From Eledone cirrhosa (taxonomy: Eukaryota), in contig OZ024741.1 of assembly GCA_964016885.1 (NCBI GenBank), positions 166,966,001 through 167,030,000 on the forward strand: a stretch of DNA of 64,000 nt. The letters run 5' to 3'. Under the pieces are notes generated by a model. That model saw only the letters and a list, made by a program, of their open reading frames with translations. It did no database searches and had not been told where the DNA came from. The position numbers and the translations under genes were made by a program. Below, one piece after another: positions 47,231 to 59,499 of the stretch (within the stretch, counting starts at the first letter, position 1; every line of letters begins with the position of its first letter).

Positions 47231-47598
47231 GGAAATAGCAAAATAGTCGCTGACTGTGGTGTCCCAAGTGAGACATCTACCTCTGACCCAGGGACAAAGG
47301 GTAAGACCATCTGGCCTATTTCCATCAACCCTGGACAATCCAGCTGGCTCTAGAATTGAGTAGATATTTACTCAAGCCAGGGCCCACTTGATAATTAGAT
47401 TTAGCGAGGAAAGCGACTAGCATTCAGGCGGTAAGGCAATACATAAAGATTATAGAGTCGAGAGGGCTTGCCACAACGGTATTTCAGTCTCAGACAGATG
47501 TCGGCTCTAGCTCTGAGTGCAATGGAGATGAGGAGCTCATCCAGACTGAGTAGGAAAAAAATACGAAAGTCCTGTTGTAGAGCTGGCGTAGTCTATAT

Positions 47599-47817
47599 CA
47601 GGTATGTAAAACATGCGGCTCGCTGGGCGCATGCGGCCCTTTACAAGCACACCTGCGGCCCGCACAAAGGTTTTTACAGCGCGAGCATGTTTTATCTTCA
47701 TAATATAAAATTTAAAAAAATAGTTGTAATGTACGCAATTGGTTGTCATGTGTGGCCCTCAGACAACACATGTGTGACCCATGTGGCCCTCGGGGTACCC
47801 TCAATTTGACATGCCTG
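47599..47817. mobile_element. hAT (Charlie-type) MITE
   Basis: Ends CAGGTATGTAAAA / TTTGACATGCCTG; 8-bp TSD GTCTATAT / ATCTATAT (NTCTAGAN-like); subterminal GCGGCCC/GTGGCCC motifs. Confidence 0.85.
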
Positions 47818-47972
47818 ATCTATATCATCAAAACTTACTATTGTTGCTGGTGGTTTGTGAAGGTGCGTAGCTTGGTGATTAGGAAAACGACGAGGATAGT
47901 ACAGCCAACCAGATAGTAAGTCATTGGTGATGGAGTAGGGTTTTGTACCAAGATGGCTATTAGTTGAATGCA

Positions 47973-48034
<62 letters not shown>

Positions 48035-48120
48035 AAAAATTAAACGGGAACAAAACAGAGAGGCAGTACGAACAAAGGTTTATTAGTTTCACGCTCTTGA
48101 GAGTGGGCTGGTGGTGGGGA

Positions 48121-48153
48121 ACGACGTTTCGGGCATAAGCCCTTCTTCAGGTG
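48121..48153 (-). ncRNA. Minimal hammerhead ribozyme in a Penelope-like 3' end (48032-~48570)
   Basis: AC-CTGAAGA-A-GGGC(TTAT)GCCC-GAAA-CG-TC-GT; downstream AATAAA then (TA)n; stem I weak. Confidence 0.65.
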
Positions 48154-48403
48154 AAAAGTGTGTGGGAAGAGAGTTCCAAGGGTGTGTAGGGGAGTGGTGG
48201 AGAGACATGTAGAAAAAAGGGGGTGAGAGGGAACGGTACAAATGAAATTAAATGTAAAAGAATGCTAAAAATAAAAATAAACATGAAGTAAAACAGGTGG
48301 TGGAAGGGTGTGGGGCGTGTAGGGGTGGTGGCGGGTGGAGTGGGGAGAGGGAGGCGGGGTGTCCGAGCGGGGAGGGCTGAAGGTGGTGTGTGTGTGTAGG
48401 TGT

Positions 48404-48448
<45 letters not shown>

Positions 48449-48569
48449 AAAGTAAGAGTTGGGGGAAGAACGGGGTTGCATGTTCAGGAAGAGGTGTGTG
48501 TGGGGTGGGGTGTACGTCGGTGTGTGTGTGTGCGTGTGTGGATGGGGAGGGGTCAGAGGGGTGGAGGGA

Positions 48570-48896
48570 GGGTATTCCGGAGAGCCTCCGCCGTTTATTC
48601 GCGGATTTTCCCTTAGAACTTAACTGATAATTGTTCGTGGAAACCACCGAATATTCGCGGAATCGTAGTTATCTTCCGCGATCTTTTTCGTGGCAATATA
48701 TATTTTTTTAACGCTAAATTATTAATAACAATATACCGTACCTGTCGGCCTATTGGACGTCCTTTCGCATAACACGCTACCTCTTTTTTATTATAATTTA
48801 CGTTATATTTTTATGGACAACGTCCAATATCCACGGTTTTTCACTCTTCGCGCGTGCTCTAGGAACGCAATCCCCGCGAATACCGGAGGACAACTG
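48570..48896 (+). mobile_element. Tigger/pogo-like MITE fragment
   Basis: Right end CCCCGCGAATACCGGAGGACAACTG|TA; internal TATTCGCGGA repeats. Confidence 0.65.
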
Positions 48897-49013
48897 TATA
48901 TACATGTGTGTGTGGAGGTGTTGTGTGTGCGCGTGTGTGTATTACATGTGTTTTGTGTGCAGGCGTCTGCGTGTTCATCTGAACCAATGGATTTGTATTT
49001 AATATTTGTGTAT

Positions 49014-49060
<47 letters not shown>

Positions 49061-49788
49061 CATGTGTGTTCATGTGTGTGTGTGTGTGAGTGTGTATGTG
49101 TGTGTGTATTTAATGGGTGCATCCATACAGGTGTATAAACAATCTCCTATTTTAGGTAAGATTTTCACATTTATAAAAATGTTAGCAGCTGCTCATGGCC
49201 AAAGTTTAAAAAATATAAATATCCCAACTTTTTCTGACAAGAATTTATATAAAATATTTCTAACATGTAGCAATGTTTTTCTTAGAACAGATCTCAACGC
49301 TGAAGACTGGGTCTTTGAGTTCGCCAATGGCACGTTTCTGGCAATAATTTATGTACACATATTTTTGGCATTTGGCTAAAGGTAAACAAATTGTAATTTA
49401 TCATCCAGAAGAAGATATATGGATTGGCTGTAGCACAGCATGACGATATAACGATGCAACGATATAACGGTTTCTTCTGTTTGTAATTCAGAAAGCTTTC
49501 CATTTCAGATTCCAGATTTGTATTAGTCATGTGAATTCGCCCTTTCTGTTTTAACATTTTTCTTTCTCTCTATTTATCTATTTCTTAATCTATTCACAAA
49601 CAGAAAGACGTTAGTCATTAAAGAGGAAGTTCAATTAAGAAAATGATACAGAGGAAATATATAAAAAATAAAATTCTGCCCTGTTAATTATTTATTTGTT
49701 AAGAAAGGGGAGAGATGTTTTAAGTCAATCCATCGTTTCAAATGGTTTCATCATCAAATAGAAGGCATATACAGTATATACAGTATAT

Positions 49789-49870
<82 letters not shown>

Positions 49871-49925
49871 CATACATATATATATAGATATGTGTATATA
49901 TATATGTATATATATATACATAAAT

Positions 49926-49980
<55 letters not shown>

Positions 49981-50035
49981 ACCCCCCCCCCCCCACACAT
50001 ATATATATATATATAGATATATATATATGTATATA

Positions 50036-50101
<66 letters not shown>

Positions 50102-50669
50102 CACACACACATAAATATATAGTAAAAGAAAATTACTATAAAATCCTAAAGGATGCTTATGCATTTTAAACTTGGCGGTGCCCATCCCACTCTAGACAGA
50201 ACGCATCCTATTTCTTCCACAGTGAGGGGTGGGGGAGAAAGATAAATAGAGATAGAGAAAGAGTCGACCCCAGTACTGGACTTATCAACCTTGAAAATTA
50301 ACCTCAGCGGGATTTAAAATCCGGGTACGGTGTGCTAGAATTAACAATGCAAAGCATTGTTAATTCTAGCACTATGTATATATTATATATATATAATTAT
50401 ATGTGTGTGTATGCATGTGTGTTTGACTGTATGCCTGGTTGTGCGTGCTTTCATGTATGTGCTTGTGTGTGCATGAGTGGTGGTTAGAAGGTAAGAATTA
50501 TTTCTCAAACCGTTGGTTGTGTCCGAATACTTGGTGACGGTGTTAAACCGAGCGATTGATTAACTTTGGATGTGCGTATGGTCCCGTAAATCCTGATGTA
50601 ATCGTAGGGTGACGTAGAGACGTACGCTCTTGGACAATTAAAACCTGGTGGATCTCACAGCCTCTCCAG

Positions 50670-51718
50670 GTCTAACAGCCGATTTCTTCCAGCAAAGGGA
50701 GAATAGCGATAGAGAGGAAGTAAGAGAGAGATATTTAGGTCTAAACAGCCGATTTCTTCCAGCAAAGGGAGAATAGCAATAGAGAGGAAGTAAGAAAGAG
50801 ATATTTAGGTCTAAACAGCCGATTTCTTCCAGCAAAGGGAGAATAGCAATAGAGAGGAAGTAAGAGAGAGATATTTAGGTCTAAACAGCCGATTTCTTCC
50901 AGCAAAGGGAGAATAGCGATAGAGAAGAAGTAAGAAAGAGATATTTAGGTCTGAACAGCTGATTTCTTCCAGCAAAGGGGGAATAGCAATAGAGAGGAAG
51001 TAAGAAAGAGATATTTAGGTCTAAACAGCCGATTTCTTCCAGCAAAGGGAGAATAGCGATAGAGAAGAAGTAAGAAAGAGATATTTAGGTCTAAACAGCC
51101 GATTTCTTCCAGCAAAGGGGGAATAGCGATAGAGAGGAAGTAAGAAAGAGATATTTAGGTCTAAACAGCCGATTTCTTCCAGCAAAGGGAGAATAGCGAT
51201 AGAGAAGAAGTAAGAAAGAGATATTTAGGTCTAAACAGCCGATTTCTCCCAGCAAAGGGGGAATAGCAATTGAGAGGAAGTAAGAAAGAGATATTTAGGT
51301 CTAAACAGCCGATTTCTTCCAGCAAAGGGGGAATAGCAATTGAGAGGAAGTAAGAAAGAGATATTTAGGTCTAAACAGCCGATTTCTTCCAGCAAAGGGA
51401 GAATAGCGATAGAGAGGAAGTAAGAAAGAGATATTTAGGTCTAAACAGCCGATTTCTTCCAGCAAAGGGAGAATAGCGATAGAGAGGAAGTAAGAGAGAG
51501 ATATTTAGGTCTAAACAGCCGATTTCTTCCAGCAAAGGGGGAATAGCGATAGAGAGGAAGTAAGAGAGAGATATTTAGGTCTAAACAGCCGATTTCTTCC
51601 AGCAAAGGGAGAATAGCAATAGAGAGGAAGTAAGAGAGAGATATTTAGGTCTAAACAGCCGATTTCTTCCAGCAAAGGGGGAATAGCGATAGAGAGGAAG
51701 TAAGAAAGAGATATTTAT
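50670..51718. repeat. 70-bp tandem satellite, 15 copies
   Basis: GATTTCT(T/C)CC every 70 bp from 50681 to 51661. Confidence 0.97.
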
Positions 51719-52330
51719 GAAAAAAAATCGACCCTTGTATTGGACTGGTACTTGTTTTTATCGACCTCGAAATGATCAAAGGCAAAGTTGATCTCGGCGG
51801 GATTTGAAGTCAGAAAACACAGAAAGTCAGAACGAAAACCGCGAAGCATTCAATCCAACGTTGATTAAATTTACTGCCCTCGAAAACTCAGATGAAATAT
51901 TACTAGACATTTTAGTCCAGCACTCTAGCAATTCCACTAAGCTACCGCCACCGATCATTGGTACATCGACACCAGAAAGGATAAAAGGCAAAAATTGATG
52001 TAGACATTCGAAATTAGAGCGTAAATAACCAGAACAAATATCGCGAAGTATTTTATCTTACGCTCTAATAACTCTGACAATTTGATTTGTCTACAGCAAT
52101 GAATTAACAGAGACATATATATGTACATGCGGTGGAGGGGGGGGGGTTAATTAGATAGAGGCAAAAGTACTCAATAACGAGACTGAGGGAAATTCTTCGT
52201 TATACTGCAATAGTTATATACTATGGGGCTGATCATAATGCACTTGTGTGATCAACGAGGAATCACGTAGTAACAAAAGAGAGCAATTTAAGCTCCCCCT
52301 TTCTCTCTCTATCTATCTATCTATCTATCT

Positions 52331-52362
<32 letters not shown>

Positions 52363-52377
52363 GTCTGTATATATGTA

Positions 52378-52428
<51 letters not shown>

Positions 52429-52463
52429 TATATATATATGTACATTTACATATATATATGTAC

Positions 52464-52569
<106 letters not shown>

Positions 52570-53319
52570 TTGGAAATTTAGTAAAATCGAATATCTGGCG
52601 GTTTGCAAGTAAATTCGGCCTACTTATATGAAATGATGAGTTAGCAAAGCACTCGATAAGTTAGGGCTATTTAAACATACGTTTAAATAGCTTGACAAAT
52701 CGAACATTGTGGTAGGCAAATCTAACACACAATACTATACCAAAGTAACGATAGAACTATATATATATATATATGTATATTTGTTAATCGGTGGCCGATC
52801 GGGGGACGGAGTTGTATCATAGTATCATATTCCAGTTGCTAATCACTTTACTATGTCGGCCGTCACAAAAGTCATAGCCGGCATTGGGTGGCGCTGAATT
52901 CTGTCGATTGATTGGTTATTGATTAGGCGATACACGGTGATGAAGCCACATGCGCCGATTATGCATTGTTGCATAATATATGCAGTCAGAGGGTGCAGTG
53001 CACCCTACTGCTGCATTAAGTGTAGCCGAAACTCGAGTCCGGGAACTACTATAGGCACCTGTTTACGTATGTTGTATTGAAGCGAATAACTATGTATACT
53101 CTGGAATGTATTCTACATTATCTATGGAGTACACTGAAATACAACCGGTCCTGGCATTGTTAAATATGCTGGGTCCGTCAACTCCTTATTATATATATAT
53201 ATATATAAGCAGAAGGGATATTCAATTTGTTGGTAATTTAACAAATATTATCCAGGGATAACTTGAACCGTTAAGGTATATTCTCCTTGGTTATGTCAAA
53301 ATTTATAAAACACACTTCG

Positions 53320-53380
53320 TATTTTATCTGATGATAGTGTACCAAAATTTTGGTACCCTTGAAATATATATAATAGAATA
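53320..53380 (+). ncRNA. Type I hammerhead ribozyme
   Basis: TATTTTAT-CTGATGA-TAG.GTACCAAA(AT)TTTGGTAC.CTT-GAAA-TATATA-TA-ATAGAATA, overlapping AATAAA; the host insert 53208-53425 is TA-flanked. Confidence 0.8.
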
Positions 53381-53419
53381 AATATGGTTTTATAAATATA
53401 GTTTCCATTTATTTAATAT

Positions 53420-53503
<84 letters not shown>

Positions 53504-53509
<6 letters not shown>

Positions 53510-54151
53510 ATAATAATAGATTTGAAGACTAAAATCCAATAAGGATAAATATATATCAAATATATAAGAACCGTAGAGCAAATATTTATTAAAATAACAG
53601 ATTAAAGTTTAAGCAAAGAATCGCTGCTTTTTCTCTTAACGGGATCTTCTGAAACTAACAAAGTCAATCTGTGAACGCAGAAGTGAATATTTCAAAAAAC
53701 GTTGCAACCGGAGGAAGACAGAAAGACGATACTTTGTTTAGGAGTTTTAGGTATGTTTTCTTGCTTGGTACGGGTATGTTCTTTGTAGAAATATTCAGAT
53801 GTTGTTTCTGCATGATGAATATAAGTCAATAGAGTGCTCAACCGAGGGAGCCAAATAGTAATAATAATAAATTTGAAGACTAAAATCCAAAGAGGGCTCG
53901 ATAAGGATAAATATATATCAAATATATAAGAACCGTAGAGCAAATATTTATTAAAATAACAGATTAAAGTTTAAGCAAAGAATCGCTGCTTTCACCCTTA
54001 ACGGGATCTTCTGAAACTAACAAAGTCAATCTGTTGCAACGTTTTTTGAAATATTCACTTCTGCGTTCACAGATTGACTTTGTTAGTTTCAGAAGATCCC
54101 GTTAAGAGTAAAAGCAGCGATTCTTTGCTTAAACTTTAATCTGTTATTTTA

Positions 54152-54159
<8 letters not shown>
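53504..54159. mobile_element. Tandem + inverted pLTR-like structure in (TA)n
   Basis: Direct copies starting at 53504 and 53855, inverted copy 54033-54159; homolog at ~21640-21758; contains CAGAAGA-TCCC(GTTAA)GGGT-GAAA. Confidence 0.7.
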
Positions 54160-54211
<52 letters not shown>

Positions 54212-54341
54212 TGCAAGGTCACCAATGAAAGACAATGAAGAGAAAACAAGGAAGACACATATTCTTATATATACATAAGTGTCTGTCTCTGTGTGTATAC
54301 AGTGTGTGAGAGGAGGGGAGTGAGCAAAAGAGAGAGAGAGA

Positions 54342-54388
<47 letters not shown>

Positions 54389-54579
54389 GGAGAGAGAGAG
54401 AGAGAGAATATGTGTTGAAGATAAGAACGATTAGTGACACACAAAGTAAGAGAGAAAAGGGGCGTGGCATCATCTACGAAATATTTTAATTAGAATGATA
54501 AACTGTAGAACCTGTTTCAAGATAACTGTTGTGACAGAGGGAGCTTCTACAGCATACACTCTATATGTGTGTCGCTCTG

Positions 54580-54733
54580 TGTGTGTGTGCGTGCGTGCGT
54601 GCTTAACTACGCTTATGTGTGTGTGTATACCCATCTGTTTTGACCCAGAGAACGTTGCTCATAACATAGACATTATAATATGTGCGTATGTGCAGGTGTG
54701 TGTATGTGTGTGTGCGTGTGTGCTTAACTACGC

Positions 54734-54774
<41 letters not shown>

Positions 54775-55140
54775 TGCGTGCTTAACTACGCGTATGTGTG
54801 TGTGTGTGTGTGTGCATGCGTGCTTAATTACGCGTATTTGTGTGTGTGTGTGTGTGTGCGTGCGTGCGTGCTTAACTACGCGTATGTGTGTGTGTGCATG
54901 CGTGCTTAACTACGCGTATTTGTGTGTGTGTGTGTGTGTGCGTGCGTGCTTAACTACGCGTATGTGTGTGTGTGCGCGCGCGTGTGTGTGTGTGTGCGTG
55001 CGTGCTTAACTACGCGTATGTGTGTGTGTGTGTGTATATACCTATCTGTTTTGACCGAGAGAACATTGCTTACAACATAGACATTATACTCTGTGCGTGT
55101 GTGCAGGTGTGTGTGTGTGTGTGTGTGTGTGCGTTCGTGT
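54580..55140. repeat. GCTTAACTACGCGTAT-(GT)n compound repeat with flanking duplication
   Basis: Motif occurs ~8 times; ATCTGTTTTGACC.AGAGAAC block at ~54633 and ~55044. Confidence 0.85.
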
Positions 55141-55446
55141 GTGCGTGTGCGCGCGGCTATCTGACTCTGTGTATACTTGAATGTATGGCAGCTTTGTGTT
55201 TGTCTCTATCAATATGTTCTTCTGTTTGGCTGGCGATCTGTTCAGTCCCCAACAACCTAGACCTGTCTCTCTAGAAGCCGAGTTGCAAGCCCAACGTCTT
55301 GCCTGCGTTGATTTTTTTTCTTTTTCTTGCCCTGTTACTACCTCATACACGTTTACAATGTTTCTAACCTCTAGATCTCTATGGTATCTATTATACTGAC
55401 ATCGTAAACATATGCAAACATGGTCCTAGGTTGAGTGGTTTGCTTC

Positions 55447-56100
55447 TCAACAGCTCCTGTTTCCGCAGCAGTGGCTCGAGAGCCAGTACAACCAAAAGGG
55501 ATGAGAACGAACACACTTGACGAGCCGAGGACGTGATTTGAAACTGACCATGGAGCAGCTGCCTCTGTGCATTGGAGCGATCCAGTCTCTAAAACCTTGA
55601 CAAAAACCCATTGCCTTACAGACTGCTGCTATGTATGAATGGTTAACCTTATCGAAGTATTTGGATTGATACAAATATTTCAGAACCCCACCAAAGCTAT
55701 GTTTATTACCTACACTCTCTATGATATATCACGCGATGTGGAGGATGTCGTGGATAGATCTGTTCAGGATTGCGCAAGCCTGATATTTTTCGACGAAATT
55801 ACCAACAATCGTCAAAGTCTTTGCTAACATCTAGGCCACAATCTTAAACTCTATATGTTGAAGAATTACAAGACAACAATTCTCAGTTACGTCCCCTATG
55901 TGCACGTTTTCTTCTCTGCAGCACAACCACTCAGACTGAGAATTCTCTCATTCTGCTATCAGTTGTAGTAGATGTCTGCTTAGATGTCACTGAATAAATT
56001 TGGCATATGTACGTAAAACTAGATATATGCTATGGGTTCAAGCACGGCGATCTGTCCTTCGTACAATTAATTACCACCATCCGTATTTTAACTGATGTTA
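55447..56100 (-). mobile_element. Old L1/Tx1 RT fragment
   Basis: QSKYFDKVNHSYIAAVCKAMGFCQGFRDWI (DQ.KAFDRV.H.YL..VL...GF...F..WI) and, after a frameshift, VLALEPLLRKQELL. Confidence 0.75.
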
Positions 56101-56385
56101 TCGACTCTTGGCAGTAGTTCGAATGCTATCATTACCACCTAATAATATCATGATAATTCCAGTTGTCATAAGAGTTTTGGGCTCAATGCCATTAAAACCT
56201 ACTTTGTATCTTGTGTAAATAAACCTCGAAACAGAAACTGCTCTTCTACAAATGACTGCCCTGCTGGAAAAGTACTGTCTGTATGAGGTCCTTGTTGAGA
56301 CCCGACAGACAATAGAAAGTCTAATAATCTTCATATTTACTACAGAAACCATCAATACTCAATAATAGTGATAATATAAAAATGT

Positions 56386-57440
56386 AATAATTCTTTCTAC
56401 TTTTGGCACAAGGCCAGCAATTACTCAGTACATTACTGGTACTTTATTTTATCGACCTCGTAAGGATGAAAGGCAAAGTTTACTTCGGCGGGATTTGAAC
56501 TCAGATCATAAAGGAGGTAACTCTATGCTTCAAAGCATGGCGTCCGACCCTCTACCGATACCGCCAATCCACCTTATATAAGCAAAAGGCCACAATTTTG
56601 GGGGAGGGGAAGTCTATTAAATCGACCCCAGTGCGTAACTGGTACTTTATTTTACCGACCCCGTAAGGATGAAAGGCAAAGATAACCTCGGTGTGATTTG
56701 AACTCAGAACGTAAAGGGCCGTAACTCTATGCTGCAAAGCATGGTGTCCGACTCTCTACCGATACTGCCAATCCACCGCCTTTTTTTCCTTTTGTAAAGT
56801 TTCTCTATCAATTGGTTGCTAGGTGCAGTCCCTCATCTCAGAGGCTCAATATGTCACGTAAGATTCTGGCGCTGCTAGTAATGGTAAAAGCTTGGGCACT
56901 GCCTGTGACGTCAGGTATCCAAGGCTTTTCATGAAAGACGTAAGACGTTTAAGGACCGTGCCTAGCGCCCCAATGACGATTGGCACGACTTCTGTCTCTA
57001 CATAGTGATCAGTTCTAATAGCACCTACAAGGTCTGCATATTTATTGATCTTTTCCATTCCCTTTTCAGACATATTGTGGTTTTGGGGTATCGCAATATC
57101 AATTTGAGTCCATTTGGTTGAGGTAGGGGGCGGGTTTGTTTATAATATTAATAATTGTTTCTACTTTAGACACAAGGCCAGCAATTACCCAGTGCATTAC
57201 TGGTACTTTATTTTATCGACCCCGTAAGGATGAAAGGCAAAGTCAACCCCGGCGGGATTTGAACTCAGATGGTAAAAAGACGTAACTATGCTGGAAAGCA
57301 TGGCGTCCGACCCTCTACCGATACTGCCAATCCATGGTTTCTTATAGGGACAAGGCCAGCAATTTGGGGGGAGGGGAAAGTCGATTAAATCGACCCCAGT
57401 GCATTATTGGCGTTTTATTTTATCGATCCCAAAAGGATAA
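56386..57440 (-). mobile_element. Two SINE family A dimers (56386-56780, 57150-57440)
   Basis: A/B boxes, core and tails as in other copies. Confidence 0.85.
56800..57125 (-). mobile_element. 3' end of an RLE-type (R4/NeSL-like) LINE
   Basis: QIDIAIPQNHNMSEKGMEKINKYADL..VETEVVPIVIGALGTV fits the D.A.P...N...K..EK..KY / P.VIGALG restriction-like endonuclease motif. Confidence 0.82.
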
Positions 57441-57692
57441 ATACAAATCTAACCGTGAAGAAGAAGAAGAAGAAGAAGAAGAAGAAGAAGAAGAAGAAGA
57501 AGAAGAAAGGAATTGCCGGCCAGTGTATACATTACCGACTATTTAAATGAAAAACAAACAAACAAACAAAAAACAAAACAAAAACAAGTGACTATAGTGA
57601 GGTTTGAAATTGCAACACACCGTAAGTTAGTCTAGTACAGCATTACAGTCTAATACAGTAATGCTAATGATGTCTATGTATCAGGCATGAGG

Positions 57693-58742
57693 CTATCTAC
57701 ATCTCTACACTATCTACATCTCTACACTATCTACATCTCTACACTATCTACATCTCTACACTATCTACATCTCTACACTATCTACATCTCTACACTATCT
57801 ACATTTCTACACTATCTACATTTCTACACTATCTACATCTCTACACTATCTACATTTCTACACTATCTATATCTCTACACTATCTACATCTCTACACTAT
57901 CTACATTTCTACACTATCTACATCTCTACACTATCTACATTTCTACACTATCTATATCTCTACACTATCTACATTTCTACACTATCTACATCTCTACACT
58001 ATCTACATCTCTACACTATCTACATCTCTACACTATCTACATTTCTACACTATCTACATTTCTACACTATCTACATTTCTACACTATCTACATTTCTACA
58101 CTATCTACATCTCTACACTATCTACATCTCTACACTATCTACATCTCTACACTATCTACATTTCTACACTATCTACATTTCTACACTATCTACATCTCTA
58201 CACTATCTACATCTCTACACTATCTACATCTCTACACTATCTACATTTCTACACTATCTACATTTCTACACTATCTTCATCTCTACACTATCTACATCTC
58301 TACACTATCTACATTTCTACACTATCTTCATCTCTACACTATCTACATCTCTACACTATCTACATCTCTACACTATCTACATTTCTACACTATCTACATT
58401 TCTACACTATCTTCATCTCTACACTATCTACATCTCTACACTATCTACATCTCTACACTAACTACATCTCTACACTATCTACATTTCTACACTATCTACA
58501 TTTCTACACTATCTACATCTCTACACTATCTACATCTCTACACTATCTACATCTCTACACTATCTACATCTCTACACTATCTACATCTCTACACTAACTA
58601 CATCTCTACACTATCTACATTTCTACACTATCTACATCTCTACACTATCTACATTTCTACACTATCTACATCTCTACACTAACTACATCTCTACACTATC
58701 TACATTTCTACACTATCTACATCTCTACACTATCTACATCTC
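57693..58742. repeat. 17-bp minisatellite (CTATCTACAT[C/T]TCTACA)n running into the gap
   Basis: Direct periodicity. Confidence 0.97.
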
Positions 58743-58942
58743 NNNNNNNNNNNNNNNNNNNNNNNNNNNNNNNNNNNNNNNNNNNNNNNNNNNNNNNNNN
58801 NNNNNNNNNNNNNNNNNNNNNNNNNNNNNNNNNNNNNNNNNNNNNNNNNNNNNNNNNNNNNNNNNNNNNNNNNNNNNNNNNNNNNNNNNNNNNNNNNNNN
58901 NNNNNNNNNNNNNNNNNNNNNNNNNNNNNNNNNNNNNNNNNN
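58743..58942. other. Assembly gap (200 N)
   Basis: N run; the round size suggests a placeholder. Confidence 0.99.
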
Positions 58943-59045
58943 ACACACATACACACACACTCCCACACATATATATATATATACATACATGCATACATGC
59001 ATACATGCATACGCGCGCATATTATTTATATATATATATACTTAC

Positions 59046-59093
<48 letters not shown>

Positions 59094-59212
59094 ATGTATA
59101 TATATATATACAAATATATATATACATATATATATACATACGTATATATATATATATGTGTGTATGTATATGTATATATATAAATATATATATACATATA
59201 TATATACATACG

Positions 59213-59247
<35 letters not shown>

Positions 59248-59259
59248 ATATACATATGC

Positions 59260-59293
<34 letters not shown>

Positions 59294-59338
59294 ATACATA
59301 TAAATATATATTGTATATGTATATATATATTATATATA

Positions 59339-59390
<52 letters not shown>

Positions 59391-59499
59391 TATATATATA
59401 CATATGTATATATATAATATATATATATGCATATGTATATATATATATATTAATATATCCATATATACATATATATATATACATATACATATAAATATG

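Noticed and set aside
45074-47353. Repeated 64-aa CxxC (MDCGQCGN) ORFs resembling zinc-finger or metallothionein peptides
   Set aside because: The 65-bp unit is not a multiple of 3, so frames rotate and stop every three units; this is a satellite artefact.
49141-49560. Possible muscle promoter (CAGCTG E-box, CArG/MEF2-like AT tracts)
   Set aside because: The motifs are imperfect, expected by chance in AT-rich DNA, and no linked exon was found.
57687-58682. 331-aa ORF (STSLHYLHLYTIYI repeats)
   Set aside because: Read-through of a G-free 17-bp minisatellite; no splice or domain evidence.
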